Assembly (NCBI GenBank): GCA_049318685.1 | Contig: JBMOFW010000001.1 | Span: forward strand, 1 to 55,073 | Length of the DNA: 55,073 nt | Reading direction: 5' to 3' | From: Flavobacteriales bacterium | GTDB taxonomy: Bacteria > Bacteroidota > Bacteroidia > Flavobacteriales_D > Sanyastnellaceae | Shown here: piece after piece, positions 17,167-28,129 of the stretch | How positions within the stretch are numbered: the first letter of the stretch is position 1 | Layout: each line of letters opens with the position of its first letter | The notes under the pieces: model-generated | The model's database searches: none | What the model was told of the DNA's origin: nothing | The model's input: the letters and a program-made list of their open reading frames with translations, nothing else | Translations under genes and position numbers: made by a program

Positions 17167-20127
17167 ATGTATCTCTGCGCCCATTCCTATTATTCCCTCC
17201 GATTTGGTGCCATTCCGCCCGAACAGCTTCTTGCTTTAGCCGCAGAGCACGGTATATCACACTTTCCCCTTACCGATATCAACAATACCTCGGCTTCCCT
17301 CGATTTCATTCGGCTGGCCCCGAAATACGCTATCAAGCCCACTATCGGCGTTGACTTCCGCAATGGAGCACAGTTCAAATACCTCGCCCTCGCCAAATCC
17401 AATACGGGTTTCTATCATATCAATTGTCATTTATCCTATCATAGCCATGAAGGACTGCCTTTCCAAGATCGCACTCCGCAATTGGAAGAAACATTTGTCA
17501 TTTACCCTTTCCAACCGAATGAACGTTCATTCGGTTTGGACGAATTATACGAAAATGAATTCATCGGTATTCAGCCGCATGAAATCAATAGACTAAAATT
17601 TCACGACTTCCGACATAGACTAGACAAACTGGTCATTCTCGCACCGGTCACCTTTCGAAACAAACGCGATTTCAATGCGCACCGTTTACTGCGGGCTATT
17701 GATAATAATACATTGCTTAGCAAGCTTCCCAAATCAGAAGAAGCCAATGAAGCAGAAAAACTCATTCCCCCTGACGAACTCCGATCCTTGTACTCCGAGT
17801 TTCCGGAATTAATCGCTAACACCGAAAAACTGCTTGATCAATGCCATGTGCATTTTGACTTTGGCTCCGAAGCCCCTCATCAAAATATGCACACCTACAC
17901 AGGCAGTGAAGAAGGGGATTACAAACTCATTGAAAAACTTTGTTATGATGGCATAGCTTACCGCTATCCCGAGGTAACGCCCGCCATTCGAGCACGGATA
18001 GAAAAAGAACTGCAGATAATCCGTGAAAAAAAATACCTCTCCTATTTCTTAATCAACTGGGACATTACACGCTACGCCCGAAGCAAGAATTATTTCTACG
18101 TGGGACGCGGAAGCGGTGCCAATAGCATTATCGCCTATATCCTCCGCATTACCGATGTTGATCCTATCGAACTCGACTTGTATTTTGAACGTTTCATCAA
18201 TCTCTATCGAAAGAATCCTCCCGATTTCGATATCGATTTTTCTTGGACAGATCGCGAAGACATTACGCAGTTCATTTTTTCCAAATTCCCCAATGTCACA
18301 CTCCTCGGCGCTTACGTAACTTTTCAATACAAAGCGGTGGTGCGCGAATTGGGAAAAGTATTTGGCTTGCCCAAAAGTGATATCGATCTATTAGCAGATG
18401 GAAAATTTGATCTGCAAAAAATTGATCAACTTCAAAAGTTGGTGCTTCAATACAGCGCGCTTATTCAAGACTTCCCAAATCACCTCAGCATACACGCGGC
18501 CGGTATTCTCATTACAGAGCGACCAATAGAGCATTTCACGGCGACTTTTCTTCCTCCGAAAGGTTTTCCTACCACCCATTTTGATATGGTGGTGGCCGAA
18601 GATGCCGGTATTTACAAATTTGATATTCTCTCTCAACGCGGCTTGGGAAAAATCAAAGAATGCATCGAAATCATTGCGTACAATCAACCGGACCATGCGC
18701 CTTTTGATATTCACGACATGAAGCGATTCAAGCAAGACGAGCGCATTAAAGACTTGCTCCGTCATGCGAAAGCCATTGGATGCTTCTATGTCGAATCGCC
18801 CGCGATGCGCATGCTCCTTACCAAATTGCAAGTAGATGATTATCTCGGATTGGTAGCAGCCAGTAGCGTAATTCGTCCCGGTGTATCGCAATCAGGCATG
18901 ATGCGCGAATTCATATTGCGGCATCGTTTTCCGGAAAAGCGAAAAAACGCCCATCCTGTTATGCTCGACATCATGCCTGAAACCTACGGTGTGATGGTCT
19001 ATCAAGAAGACGTCATCAAAGTAGCCCACTATTTCGGCGGCTTGGATTTGGGTGAAGCTGATTCGTTGCGGCGAGGCATGTCGGGCAAGTTCCGTGGCCG
19101 CGAAGAATTTGATAAAGCGCGGCAAGCGTTTTTTGAAAAGGCTACCTCCAAAGGTCACCCGCCTGATATGATCGCGGAAGTATGGCGTCAAATCGAGAGT
19201 TTTGCAGGATATGCTTTTGCCAAAGGACATAGCGCCAGCTACGCTGTAGAAAGCTACCAATCTCTTTTCTTAAAAGCGTATTATCCGCTAGAATACATGA
19301 CGGCCACCATCAATAATTTTGGTGGATTCTATAGCACCGAATTGTATGTACACGAAGCACGCATGCACGGTGGAATCATCGAACCGCCGTGCGTCAATGA
19401 AGGTAGCGCTGTGGCCGTGATTCGCGGCATTCGTATCATTTTGGGTATGGGTTTGATAAAAGATTTAGAACACAATACTATCGCCGCATTACTCTACGAA
19501 CGCAATGAAAAAGGAGCATTTCAATCCTTTGAAGATTTTCTTGACCGTGTGCGTATATCGCTCGAACAAATCATCATTCTTATTCGAATTGGTGCATTTC
19601 GATTTACACAACGCAGTAAAAAAGATTTGATGTGGGGCGCCCACTTTCACTTTGGTTCGCAAAAAGTCAACATCCCCGATCAAGGCATGTTTGCGTTACC
19701 TACACGCACCTTTGAATTGCCTCCACTCGAACACAGTTGGCTAGAAGATGCGTATGATGAAATGGAATTGATAGGATTCCCCTTATGCAATCCATTTGAT
19801 CTTTTGGAAGAAAGCCCGGCAAATGATGTTCCGGCTCAGGCCTTGCCCCAACACCTCGGGCAGGTGGTCGACGTGGTAGGATACCTCGTTACCATAAAAC
19901 CATCGCGCACCTCCAAAGGGGAACGCATGTATTTCGGCACCTTTATCGATCGTGAAGGCTACTTTCTCGATACCGTCCACTTCCCTCCGGTTGCCGCACA
20001 ATACCATTGGCGCGGCCGCGGTATCTACCATATTCGGGGTAAAATAATGGAAGAATTTGGCGCCATCAGTATCGAGGCTTCCTATCTCCAAAAGCTTCGC
20101 TACAAAGACGATCCACGCTACCTTTAG
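17167..20127 (+). CDS. dnaE2: Error-prone DNA polymerase III alpha-type subunit (DnaE2-like)
   Basis: 986 aa, the short DnaE2-like length. PHP domain (CAHSYYSLRFG). Pol core (GRGSGANSIIAYILRITDVDP, PDFDIDF). Internal clamp-binding-like QGMFAL. The context is SRAP and a LexA-like repressor. Confidence 0.8.
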   Translation: MYLCAHSYYSLRFGAIPPEQLLALAAEHGISHFPLTDINNTSASLDFIRLAPKYAIKPTIGVDFRNGAQFKYLALAKSNTGFYHINCHLSYHSHEGLPFQDRTPQLEETFVIYPFQPNERSFGLDELYENEFIGIQPHEINRLKFHDFRHRLDKLVILAPVTFRNKRDFNAHRLLRAIDNNTLLSKLPKSEEANEAEKLIPPDELRSLYSEFPELIANTEKLLDQCHVHFDFGSEAPHQNMHTYTGSEEGDYKLIEKLCYDGIAYRYPEVTPAIRARIEKELQIIREKKYLSYFLINWDITRYARSKNYFYVGRGSGANSIIAYILRITDVDPIELDLYFERFINLYRKNPPDFDIDFSWTDREDITQFIFSKFPNVTLLGAYVTFQYKAVVRELGKVFGLPKSDIDLLADGKFDLQKIDQLQKLVLQYSALIQDFPNHLSIHAAGILITERPIEHFTATFLPPKGFPTTHFDMVVAEDAGIYKFDILSQRGLGKIKECIEIIAYNQPDHAPFDIHDMKRFKQDERIKDLLRHAKAIGCFYVESPAMRMLLTKLQVDDYLGLVAASSVIRPGVSQSGMMREFILRHRFPEKRKNAHPVMLDIMPETYGVMVYQEDVIKVAHYFGGLDLGEADSLRRGMSGKFRGREEFDKARQAFFEKATSKGHPPDMIAEVWRQIESFAGYAFAKGHSASYAVESYQSLFLKAYYPLEYMTATINNFGGFYSTELYVHEARMHGGIIEPPCVNEGSAVAVIRGIRIILGMGLIKDLEHNTIAALLYERNEKGAFQSFEDFLDRVRISLEQIIILIRIGAFRFTQRSKKDLMWGAHFHFGSQKVNIPDQGMFALPTRTFELPPLEHSWLEDAYDEMELIGFPLCNPFDLLEESPANDVPAQALPQHLGQVVDVVGYLVTIKPSRTSKGERMYFGTFIDREGYFLDTVHFPPVAAQYHWRGRGIYHIRGKIMEEFGAISIEASYLQKLRYKDDPRYL

Positions 20128-20207
20128 GCTACAGGCTACAGGCTTCAGGCTGCAGGCAACAGGCAACTGGCTTGAAGCCTGAAGCTTGTAGCCTGTAGCT
20201 TGAAGCC
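20127..20207. repeat. Inverted heptamer array forming a 23-bp-stem hairpin (GGCTNCA units, then TGNAGCC units)
   Basis: 20128-20150 GCTACAGGCTACAGGCTTCAGGC pairs with 20177-20199 GCCTGAAGCTTGTAGCCTGTAGC (22 Watson-Crick pairs plus one G:T). The loop is 26 nt. It starts at the G of the dnaE2-like stop codon. No U-tract follows. Confidence 0.85.
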
Positions 20208-20274
20208 GCAAAGAATGCAAGATTTTTGAAAAAAAGAATGCCGTGTTTTACGCGCAATGCTAGACCTTTGAATC

Positions 20275-22806
20275 ATGTTGACCCGTTGTACTACTTTGCT
20301 TGCACTCCTCGTGTTTGGGGTATTGACCTGTGCTGCTCAAGGCGCTTTCTTTCGTCTGCAGCCCAATCAACCCGCTAATTTCTTCACCATTGTAGAAAAT
20401 GCGAATGCCTATTTCGCAGACAAGCACTATGATGATTCCAAAAAATTCACCGACAATGAATTTATCAAATTCAAACGTTGGGAATGGTACTGGTCTACAC
20501 GCATCAACGAAGATGGCAGTTTTCCTGACCTCATGACCCAAAAGCGCATTTACGATGATCTGAACGCATCCCTGGATCAACGTGATTTGGAAAGCCCTTG
20601 GATCAACATCAATCAAACTGTTGGTGATGGCGGATACAATGGCATGGGCCGTCTCACATCCATCGCATTTCACCCTACTGATCCGGATATTTTTTATGTA
20701 GGTGCTCCCATTGGAGGTGTTTGGAAAACAATCGACGGTGGTCAACATTGGACGGCCCTCGGTGACGATCTGCCCTTCCTAAGCGTGGGGAACGTATGCA
20801 TCGATCACACCAATCCCGATGTGCTCTACATCACCATCGGTGATCACAGCGGCTGGTGGAACTATGGACTTGGTGTATATAAATCTATTGATGCGGGCCA
20901 AACTTGGCAACCTACTTCACATACTACTACGTTCAATAATGAAGTAGCCTATCTCCGCATGACGATCAATCCGCTAAATGCCAATGAACTTTTCGTAGCC
21001 CAAACCGATGGCTTGTATCGCACACAAGACGCGGGCGAAACATGGACGCTAATTCACGACGGGCATCACAGCGATGTTGTTTTCCAACCTGGAAGCAATA
21101 CCACACTGTATGCTTCTACAGATGATTATTGGGGATCAAGCGAAGTATACGTATCATACGACAACGGCGACACGTGGATGCAGCTCACCGACTTCAATCA
21201 GCAATATGCTTCCATCCACCTCACCGTTACACCAGATGATGATCAATACCTCGGTATTCAACACAACCATGATGGCGTCTACGATTTCTACTTGAGCACT
21301 GATGGGGGTATCACATTAGAAACCCCGTCCAATCTGCCCGAAGACGGCATCATCTTTTTCTCTCCAACAGATAAAAACCGCATGTTCTGCGGCTGGATGA
21401 ATGTCTACAAATCTTTTGACGCCGGTTGGCAATGGGAACAAAACACCATGTGGTACAATGATGAAGTGCATCACGAAGTGCATGCCGATCAGCGAAATGT
21501 GGCGTATCATCCACTAACCAACGAAATCTTCTTTTGCAATGATGGTGGTTTGTATAAATACAATGAAGACACGGACGATTGGACTGACTTGTCCAATGGA
21601 TTGATCATTACACAATACTATCGTATCGCTGTTTCGCAACAAAGCGAAACGTTTATGATCGGCGGTACGCAGGACAATGGAGGTCGCAAACGCATTGGCT
21701 CCACTACATGGGCGGCCACGAATGGCGGTGATGCCATGGAAGTAGCCATCGATTACACCGACGATAATATTCTATACACCACCTATATCAATGGGCAACT
21801 CTACCGCAGTACCGACCAATGGAATAATGATGTTTATTATGAAATTACGCCTGAACAATCGACGGGCGGTGCATGGGTTACTCCATACATCATCGACCCG
21901 AATGATCCTTCGGTTTTGATTGCAGGTTATGAAGAAGTATTCAAGTCATTCGACCAAGGTGACTCTTGGGTAGCTTTGACCAGCAATCTTACTGGTTCGA
22001 CAGACAATAAGCTAGATGCAGTCGCTGTAGCTCCTTCCAACTCAGATTACATCTATGCCGCGCGCAATGCCAAACTTTATATGACCGCAGATGGCGGTGA
22101 AAACTGGGTTTCTTACAATGCATACCCTGGAGGCACTTACGGTGCAACAATCACCAGTATCGTTGTTCATCCTTTCGATCCACTCCAACTCTGGATTACC
22201 GTTGGAGGATATCAATCCACTAACAAAGTGCGCTACAGCGCCGATGGAGGCGACACATTCGTCAACATCACAGAGAATCTGCCCAACACACCGATCAATT
22301 GTTCGGTTATCGACAAAGAGAGCCCTAACCTCGACTTATACATTGGCACCGATGCGGGCGTATTCATTTGGAATACGGTAGATCTTCAATGGGATTACTA
22401 CGGCATGGGTATGCCCAATACGTCTGTAACCGATCTTGAGATTCAATACAGCGGCCGCAAACTTCGTGCAGGTACATTCGGTCGCGGTATCTATGAAAAT
22501 GACCTGTACTCCGAACCGGGCGTGAACGTCAACAATCGCGAAGAAGCCTATGCACAATGGGCAAGTATAGCTCATAATCCCGCTAACAACATTTTAGTAC
22601 TCAACGTCCACGCCTCAACTTTCGATGCTGGACAAGTCTACATCTACGATCTGACCGGCAAGCAAATCGCCACGCATCCGATCGCCATTACACCTGGCAA
22701 CTATCAGCGCACATTCTCGATCGAAAATCTTCCCGCAGGAACCTATCTGGTTTCTATTGACGCAGTAGGATTCTCGAGGAAGGCGATCACACTGGTAGTG
22801 TGCTAG
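20275..22806 (+). CDS. T9SS-secreted BNR/Asp-box repeat protein (sortilin/Vps10- or GH74-like beta-propeller)
   Basis: 843 aa. Signal peptide MLTRCTTLLALLVFGVLTCAAQG. Repeated Asp-box motifs (SIDAGQTW, TQDAGETW, SYDNGDTW, SFDQGDSW, TADGGENW, SADGGDTF). C-terminal sorting domain (VYIYDLTGKQI...GTYLVSIDAVGFSRKAITLVVC). Confidence 0.85.
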   Translation: MLTRCTTLLALLVFGVLTCAAQGAFFRLQPNQPANFFTIVENANAYFADKHYDDSKKFTDNEFIKFKRWEWYWSTRINEDGSFPDLMTQKRIYDDLNASLDQRDLESPWININQTVGDGGYNGMGRLTSIAFHPTDPDIFYVGAPIGGVWKTIDGGQHWTALGDDLPFLSVGNVCIDHTNPDVLYITIGDHSGWWNYGLGVYKSIDAGQTWQPTSHTTTFNNEVAYLRMTINPLNANELFVAQTDGLYRTQDAGETWTLIHDGHHSDVVFQPGSNTTLYASTDDYWGSSEVYVSYDNGDTWMQLTDFNQQYASIHLTVTPDDDQYLGIQHNHDGVYDFYLSTDGGITLETPSNLPEDGIIFFSPTDKNRMFCGWMNVYKSFDAGWQWEQNTMWYNDEVHHEVHADQRNVAYHPLTNEIFFCNDGGLYKYNEDTDDWTDLSNGLIITQYYRIAVSQQSETFMIGGTQDNGGRKRIGSTTWAATNGGDAMEVAIDYTDDNILYTTYINGQLYRSTDQWNNDVYYEITPEQSTGGAWVTPYIIDPNDPSVLIAGYEEVFKSFDQGDSWVALTSNLTGSTDNKLDAVAVAPSNSDYIYAARNAKLYMTADGGENWVSYNAYPGGTYGATITSIVVHPFDPLQLWITVGGYQSTNKVRYSADGGDTFVNITENLPNTPINCSVIDKESPNLDLYIGTDAGVFIWNTVDLQWDYYGMGMPNTSVTDLEIQYSGRKLRAGTFGRGIYENDLYSEPGVNVNNREEAYAQWASIAHNPANNILVLNVHASTFDAGQVYIYDLTGKQIATHPIAITPGNYQRTFSIENLPAGTYLVSIDAVGFSRKAITLVVC

Positions 22807-22810
22807 AGAT

Positions 22811-22845
22811 AGAAACCAGAAACCAGAAACTAGAAACCAGAAACC
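22811..22845. repeat. Heptamer array (AGAAACC)x5 with one variant unit, AGAAACT
   Basis: AGAAACC AGAAACC AGAAACT AGAAACC AGAAACC. On the minus strand it encodes the last residues (VSGF) and the TAG stop of hom. Confidence 0.85.
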
Positions 22846-24019
22846 CCCTTCCGCTGGCCGGTGGCGATGAGGGATGCGCGTTCGCGGTGAAGGAGATGAG
22901 CGACGGCTTTTAAGTCTTTGAGGGAAATAAAGCCGGTGACCTGATTGTACTCCGTGGAGAAAAACCCCTCACTGATCGATACAAATGGCAACACCTTCTT
23001 GATCGCGTCATTTGTATAACGGACATAAACTTCAATCAATAACTTATTGTCATCGAGCAAGGCTTTAGGTGCCTTTTGCTTACTCAACTTGTAGCCTTGG
23101 CGCAAGACAGTGCGATCAATATCGCTCAATACCGCCGATGCTGTAGGATGCGATCCTGCCCCGCGTCCGTAAAAGAACTGCGTTCCAGCGTAGGCTGCTT
23201 CCAGCATAACACCGTTAAACTCGTCATCGACATGAAAGAGTCGGTCTGTCGGCTTCACAAACTCCGGCAACACATAGGCTACCACTTTATCATCCACCAA
23301 ACCCAGATGCGGAACCAGTTTTATTTTCCACCCACGCTCCTTTGCATACTGAAAATCTTCCGGCTGCAAACGTTGTATCCCAGCATTCAACACTTCCTCT
23401 GGCTTGAGCAATACCCCAAACGTGTGCAAAGCCAGAATGATAATTTTATACTTCGGATCAAATCCTCCTACATCCGCCGTTGGATCGGCTTCTGCAAAAC
23501 CAAGATCCTGTGCTTGTTTCAATGCCGGCTTGTATTCCAATTGATCGCGCACGATACGGGTCAAAATATAATTGGACGTTCCATTCAAAATACCCCGCAC
23601 ACTAGACAGAGGCTCTTGTCCAAAATAATTGTCTATCGTATCAACAATCGGAATAGCCCCACCTACGGCCGCTTCGTAGCGAAAAATGACTTTATTGTCC
23701 TTGGCCTTTTGTGTGAGTTCTTCCAAATGAGACGCGACCAATTTCTTATTGGCGGTGATCACATTCTTGCCACCATCCAAAGCACGCTTTACGATTCCAT
23801 ACGCTACATCTGCATCATCGATGGCCTCCACAACAGTATCGATTTCGTCGCTTTCCAAAATGTCAGCAGCGTTGTAGGTAAATAATTCTGCAGGTGCTGT
23901 GCGCGGTTTCTGTTTATCGCGCACCGCAATTTTACTGATGCTTCCCGCACCATATCCTGTTCCTTCAATCAGTTGATACAAGCCTTGTCCAACTGTTCCA
24001 AAACCAAATAATCCTATTT

Positions 24020-24023
<4 letters not shown>
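22830..24023 (-). CDS. hom: Homoserine dehydrogenase
   Basis: 397 aa. MKIGLFGFGTVGQGLYQLI (NAD-binding GxGxxG), a homoserine dehydrogenase core and a C-terminal ACT-like region. 4-nt ATGA overlap with metX. Confidence 0.9.
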
Positions 24024-26441
<2,418 letters not shown>

Positions 26442-26448
26442 TTAAAAG

Positions 26449-26547
26449 TTAAAACGTACCACAACAAACAACCTCCGGCATTCGGGGAAGACAGCACATG
26501 CAGCACATCATATTTTTAAAATGACTCATCTCTTCGTTTCGTTTCAT
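26449..26547 (-). CDS. Candidate Met/Cys-rich leader peptide 2 (32 aa)
   Basis: MKRNEEMSHFKNMMCCMCCLPRMPEVVCCGTF has 6 Met and 6 Cys in 32 codons. It shares FKNM..MMCCM with leader 1 and ends 22 nt before the terminator stem. Confidence 0.55.
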   Translation of the reverse strand: MKRNEEMSHFKNMMCCMCCLPRMPEVVCCGTF

Positions 26548-26582
26548 TTGATTTAATTCACTCTTCACCTTCGCTTTGGGCG

Positions 26583-26614
26583 AAAAAAAAAGCCCTTCGG
26601 GTTTCCGAAGGGCT
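26583..26614 (-). terminator. Intrinsic terminator of attenuator unit 1
   Basis: Minus-strand RNA AGCCCUUCGG / AAAC / CCGAAGGGCU followed by 9 U. Confidence 0.75.
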
Positions 26615-26642
26615 TCTTTCTTTATGCGTATTTTTTAGTTCA

Positions 26643-26720
26643 TCATGCGCAAATGAAAGCTGCTGTCCTTCGGTGATCCGAGGTCATACAACACATCATA
26701 TGGCACATGTTTTTGAACAT
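26643..26720 (-). CDS. Candidate Met/Cys-rich leader peptide 1 (25 aa)
   Basis: MFKNMCHMMCCMTSDHRRTAAFICA has 5 Met and 4 Cys in 25 codons. It starts about 22 nt downstream of the TATATTTG -7 box and ends 28 nt before the terminator stem. Confidence 0.55.
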   Translation of the reverse strand: MFKNMCHMMCCMTSDHRRTAAFICA

Positions 26721-26742
26721 TCTTTGTCGTTTTGGCGTGCTG

Positions 26743-26775
26743 CAAATATAGAAACATGATTTTCCTTTTTTACAA
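26743..26775 (-). promoter_or_regulatory. Candidate promoter of the leader-metY-metX-hom transcript
   Basis: On the minus strand, TATATTTG (26750-26743) is a perfect TAnnTTTG match. A TTG lies at 26775-26773, 22 nt upstream. Confidence 0.5.
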
Positions 26776-26824
26776 ATTATTTTTGTTAAATCTCTAAAAC
26801 CCTTATCCAACAAGGCTTTCGGAA

Positions 26825-26956
26825 GATCGAGAGATCGTGTGGTCGTGTGATCAGTTGATCTAATGATCTATTGACCTAACGATCTATTGATCTCCCCTTC
26901 TACCTCTATCACACTAGCATTCTAGCACACTAGCACACTTTCTTGATCTGGATCAA
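26825..26956. repeat. GATC/CTAG-rich octamer arrays in a divergent intergenic region
   Basis: 9 GATC sites in 130 bp. Octamer array TGATCTAA TGATCTAT TGACCTAA CGATCTAT TGATCTCC (26856-26895). CACACTAG CATTCTAG CACACTAG CACAC (26910-26938). Palindrome TTGATC-TG-GATCAA (26943-26956). Confidence 0.85.
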
Positions 26957-27011
26957 GAGAACTTCTATCATTTACCTTCCACCTTTGCATCAACAAAAAA
27001 TAAAAAACACC

Positions 27012-27542
27012 ATGTCAAAAACACAATGGAATTTAGATCCAACGCACAGCGAAATTGGATTCAAAGTAAAACACCTTATGATCACCAATGTATCGGGTTC
27101 ATTCGGTAAATTCAATGCTTCTGCGAAAACAGAAGGTGATGATTTCACTTCTGCGGAAATCGAATTCTCTGCAGAGATTGATTCAATCAATACCGGCAAC
27201 GAACAACGTGATGGTCACTTGAAAAGCCCAGATTTCTTCGATGCTGCAAGTCACCCAACACTCAACTTTGTTTCTACAAAAGTGGAAAAGAAAGACGACG
27301 AAAACTATACAGTACATGGTAACCTTACTGTACGTGGCGTGTCGAAGCCTGTAGCGTTGAATGTTGAGCATGGCGGAATCGGTAAAGATCCTTGGGGAAA
27401 TGAAAAAGCTGGTTTCAGCATCAGCGGAAAAATCAACCGTGCAGAATTCGGATTGACTTGGAATGCGCCGCTCGAAGCAGGTGGTGTTTTGGTTTCTGAA
27501 GATGTGAAAATCAACGGCGAACTCCAATTGGTTCGCGGTTAA
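27012..27542 (+). CDS. YceI-family polyisoprenoid-binding protein
   Basis: ORF 26943..27542 trimmed to MSKTQWNLDPTHSEIGFKVKH, the typical YceI N-terminus. 176 aa. Confidence 0.85.
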   Translation: MSKTQWNLDPTHSEIGFKVKHLMITNVSGSFGKFNASAKTEGDDFTSAEIEFSAEIDSINTGNEQRDGHLKSPDFFDAASHPTLNFVSTKVEKKDDENYTVHGNLTVRGVSKPVALNVEHGGIGKDPWGNEKAGFSISGKINRAEFGLTWNAPLEAGGVLVSEDVKINGELQLVRG

Positions 27543-27563
27543 ACATTGTATTAGTTTTGTCCT

Positions 27564-28127
27564 ATGAAATTTTTGATTGTAGGACTCGGGAATATCGGAT
27601 CTGAATACGAAAATACCCGTCACAATATTGGATTTAAAATAGTGGAGCACCTCGCGTCAAACGCAGGTGCTTCATTTGTTACAGGCCGTTACGCAGCGAT
27701 GTGCGAAATGCGTCATAAAGGCAAAACCTTTATACTTATCAAGCCTTCGACGTACATGAACCTCTCCGGCAACGCAGTGCGTTATTGGATGCAGGAAGAA
27801 AAAATTTCTATTGAAAATGTATTGGTCATCACCGATGATCTTGCTCTGCCCTTCGGCAAATTGCGCATGCGCGGCAAAGGCAGTGATGGCGGGCACAACG
27901 GACTGAAGCACATTCAACAAATACTGAATACAGATGCCTATGCGCGACTTCGCTTTGGTGTAGGCGCCGAATTCTCGAAAGGCCAACAAGTGGATTATGT
28001 ACTGGGGGAATGGAATGATGAAGAGAAAAAAACCTTACAAGAACGCATTGAGGTGGCCGCAAAAGGAGTCTTGAGTTTCGGGCTGATAGGCCTAGCTCGC
28101 ACGATGAACGACGTGAATACTAAATAA
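27564..28127 (+). CDS. pth: Peptidyl-tRNA hydrolase
   Basis: 187 aa. [24 protein letters not shown] and GGHNGLK motifs. Confidence 0.95.
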   Translation: MKFLIVGLGNIGSEYENTRHNIGFKIVEHLASNAGASFVTGRYAAMCEMRHKGKTFILIKPSTYMNLSGNAVRYWMQEEKISIENVLVITDDLALPFGKLRMRGKGSDGGHNGLKHIQQILNTDAYARLRFGVGAEFSKGQQVDYVLGEWNDEEKKTLQERIEVAAKGVLSFGLIGLARTMNDVNTK

Positions 28128-28129
28128 TC

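Noticed and set aside
20127-20207. CRISPR array, considered for all the short tandem arrays in the window
   Set aside because: The units are 7-8 nt with no spacers and no cas genes. These are microsatellite/REP-like arrays, not CRISPR.
23076-23885. 269-aa ORF antisense to hom. Similar long antisense ORFs lie at 29991..30719, 10780..11373, 18391..18891, 20260..20748, 27183..27650 and 39958..40398.
   Set aside because: Each lies fully inside a confidently identified gene on the opposite strand. Their composition is low-complexity or atypical and they carry no recognisable motifs, so they are typical shadow ORFs.
26635-26757. 40-aa alternative-frame ORF (MFLYLQHAKTTKNVQKHV...HLRMMN) in the met leader region
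   Set aside because: Its start codon lies upstream of, and overlaps, the TATATTTG -7 box, so it would not be on the transcript. The frame conserved between the two tandem units is the MMCCM frame, not this one.
26761-27011. oriC-like region (GATC cluster, AT-rich stretch, TTATCCAAC DnaA-box-like sequence at 26803-26811)
   Set aside because: There is only one weak DnaA-box-like match and no dnaA/dnaN or other origin-linked synteny. The GATC sites are embedded in simple octamer repeats. GC skew cannot be evaluated from one window.
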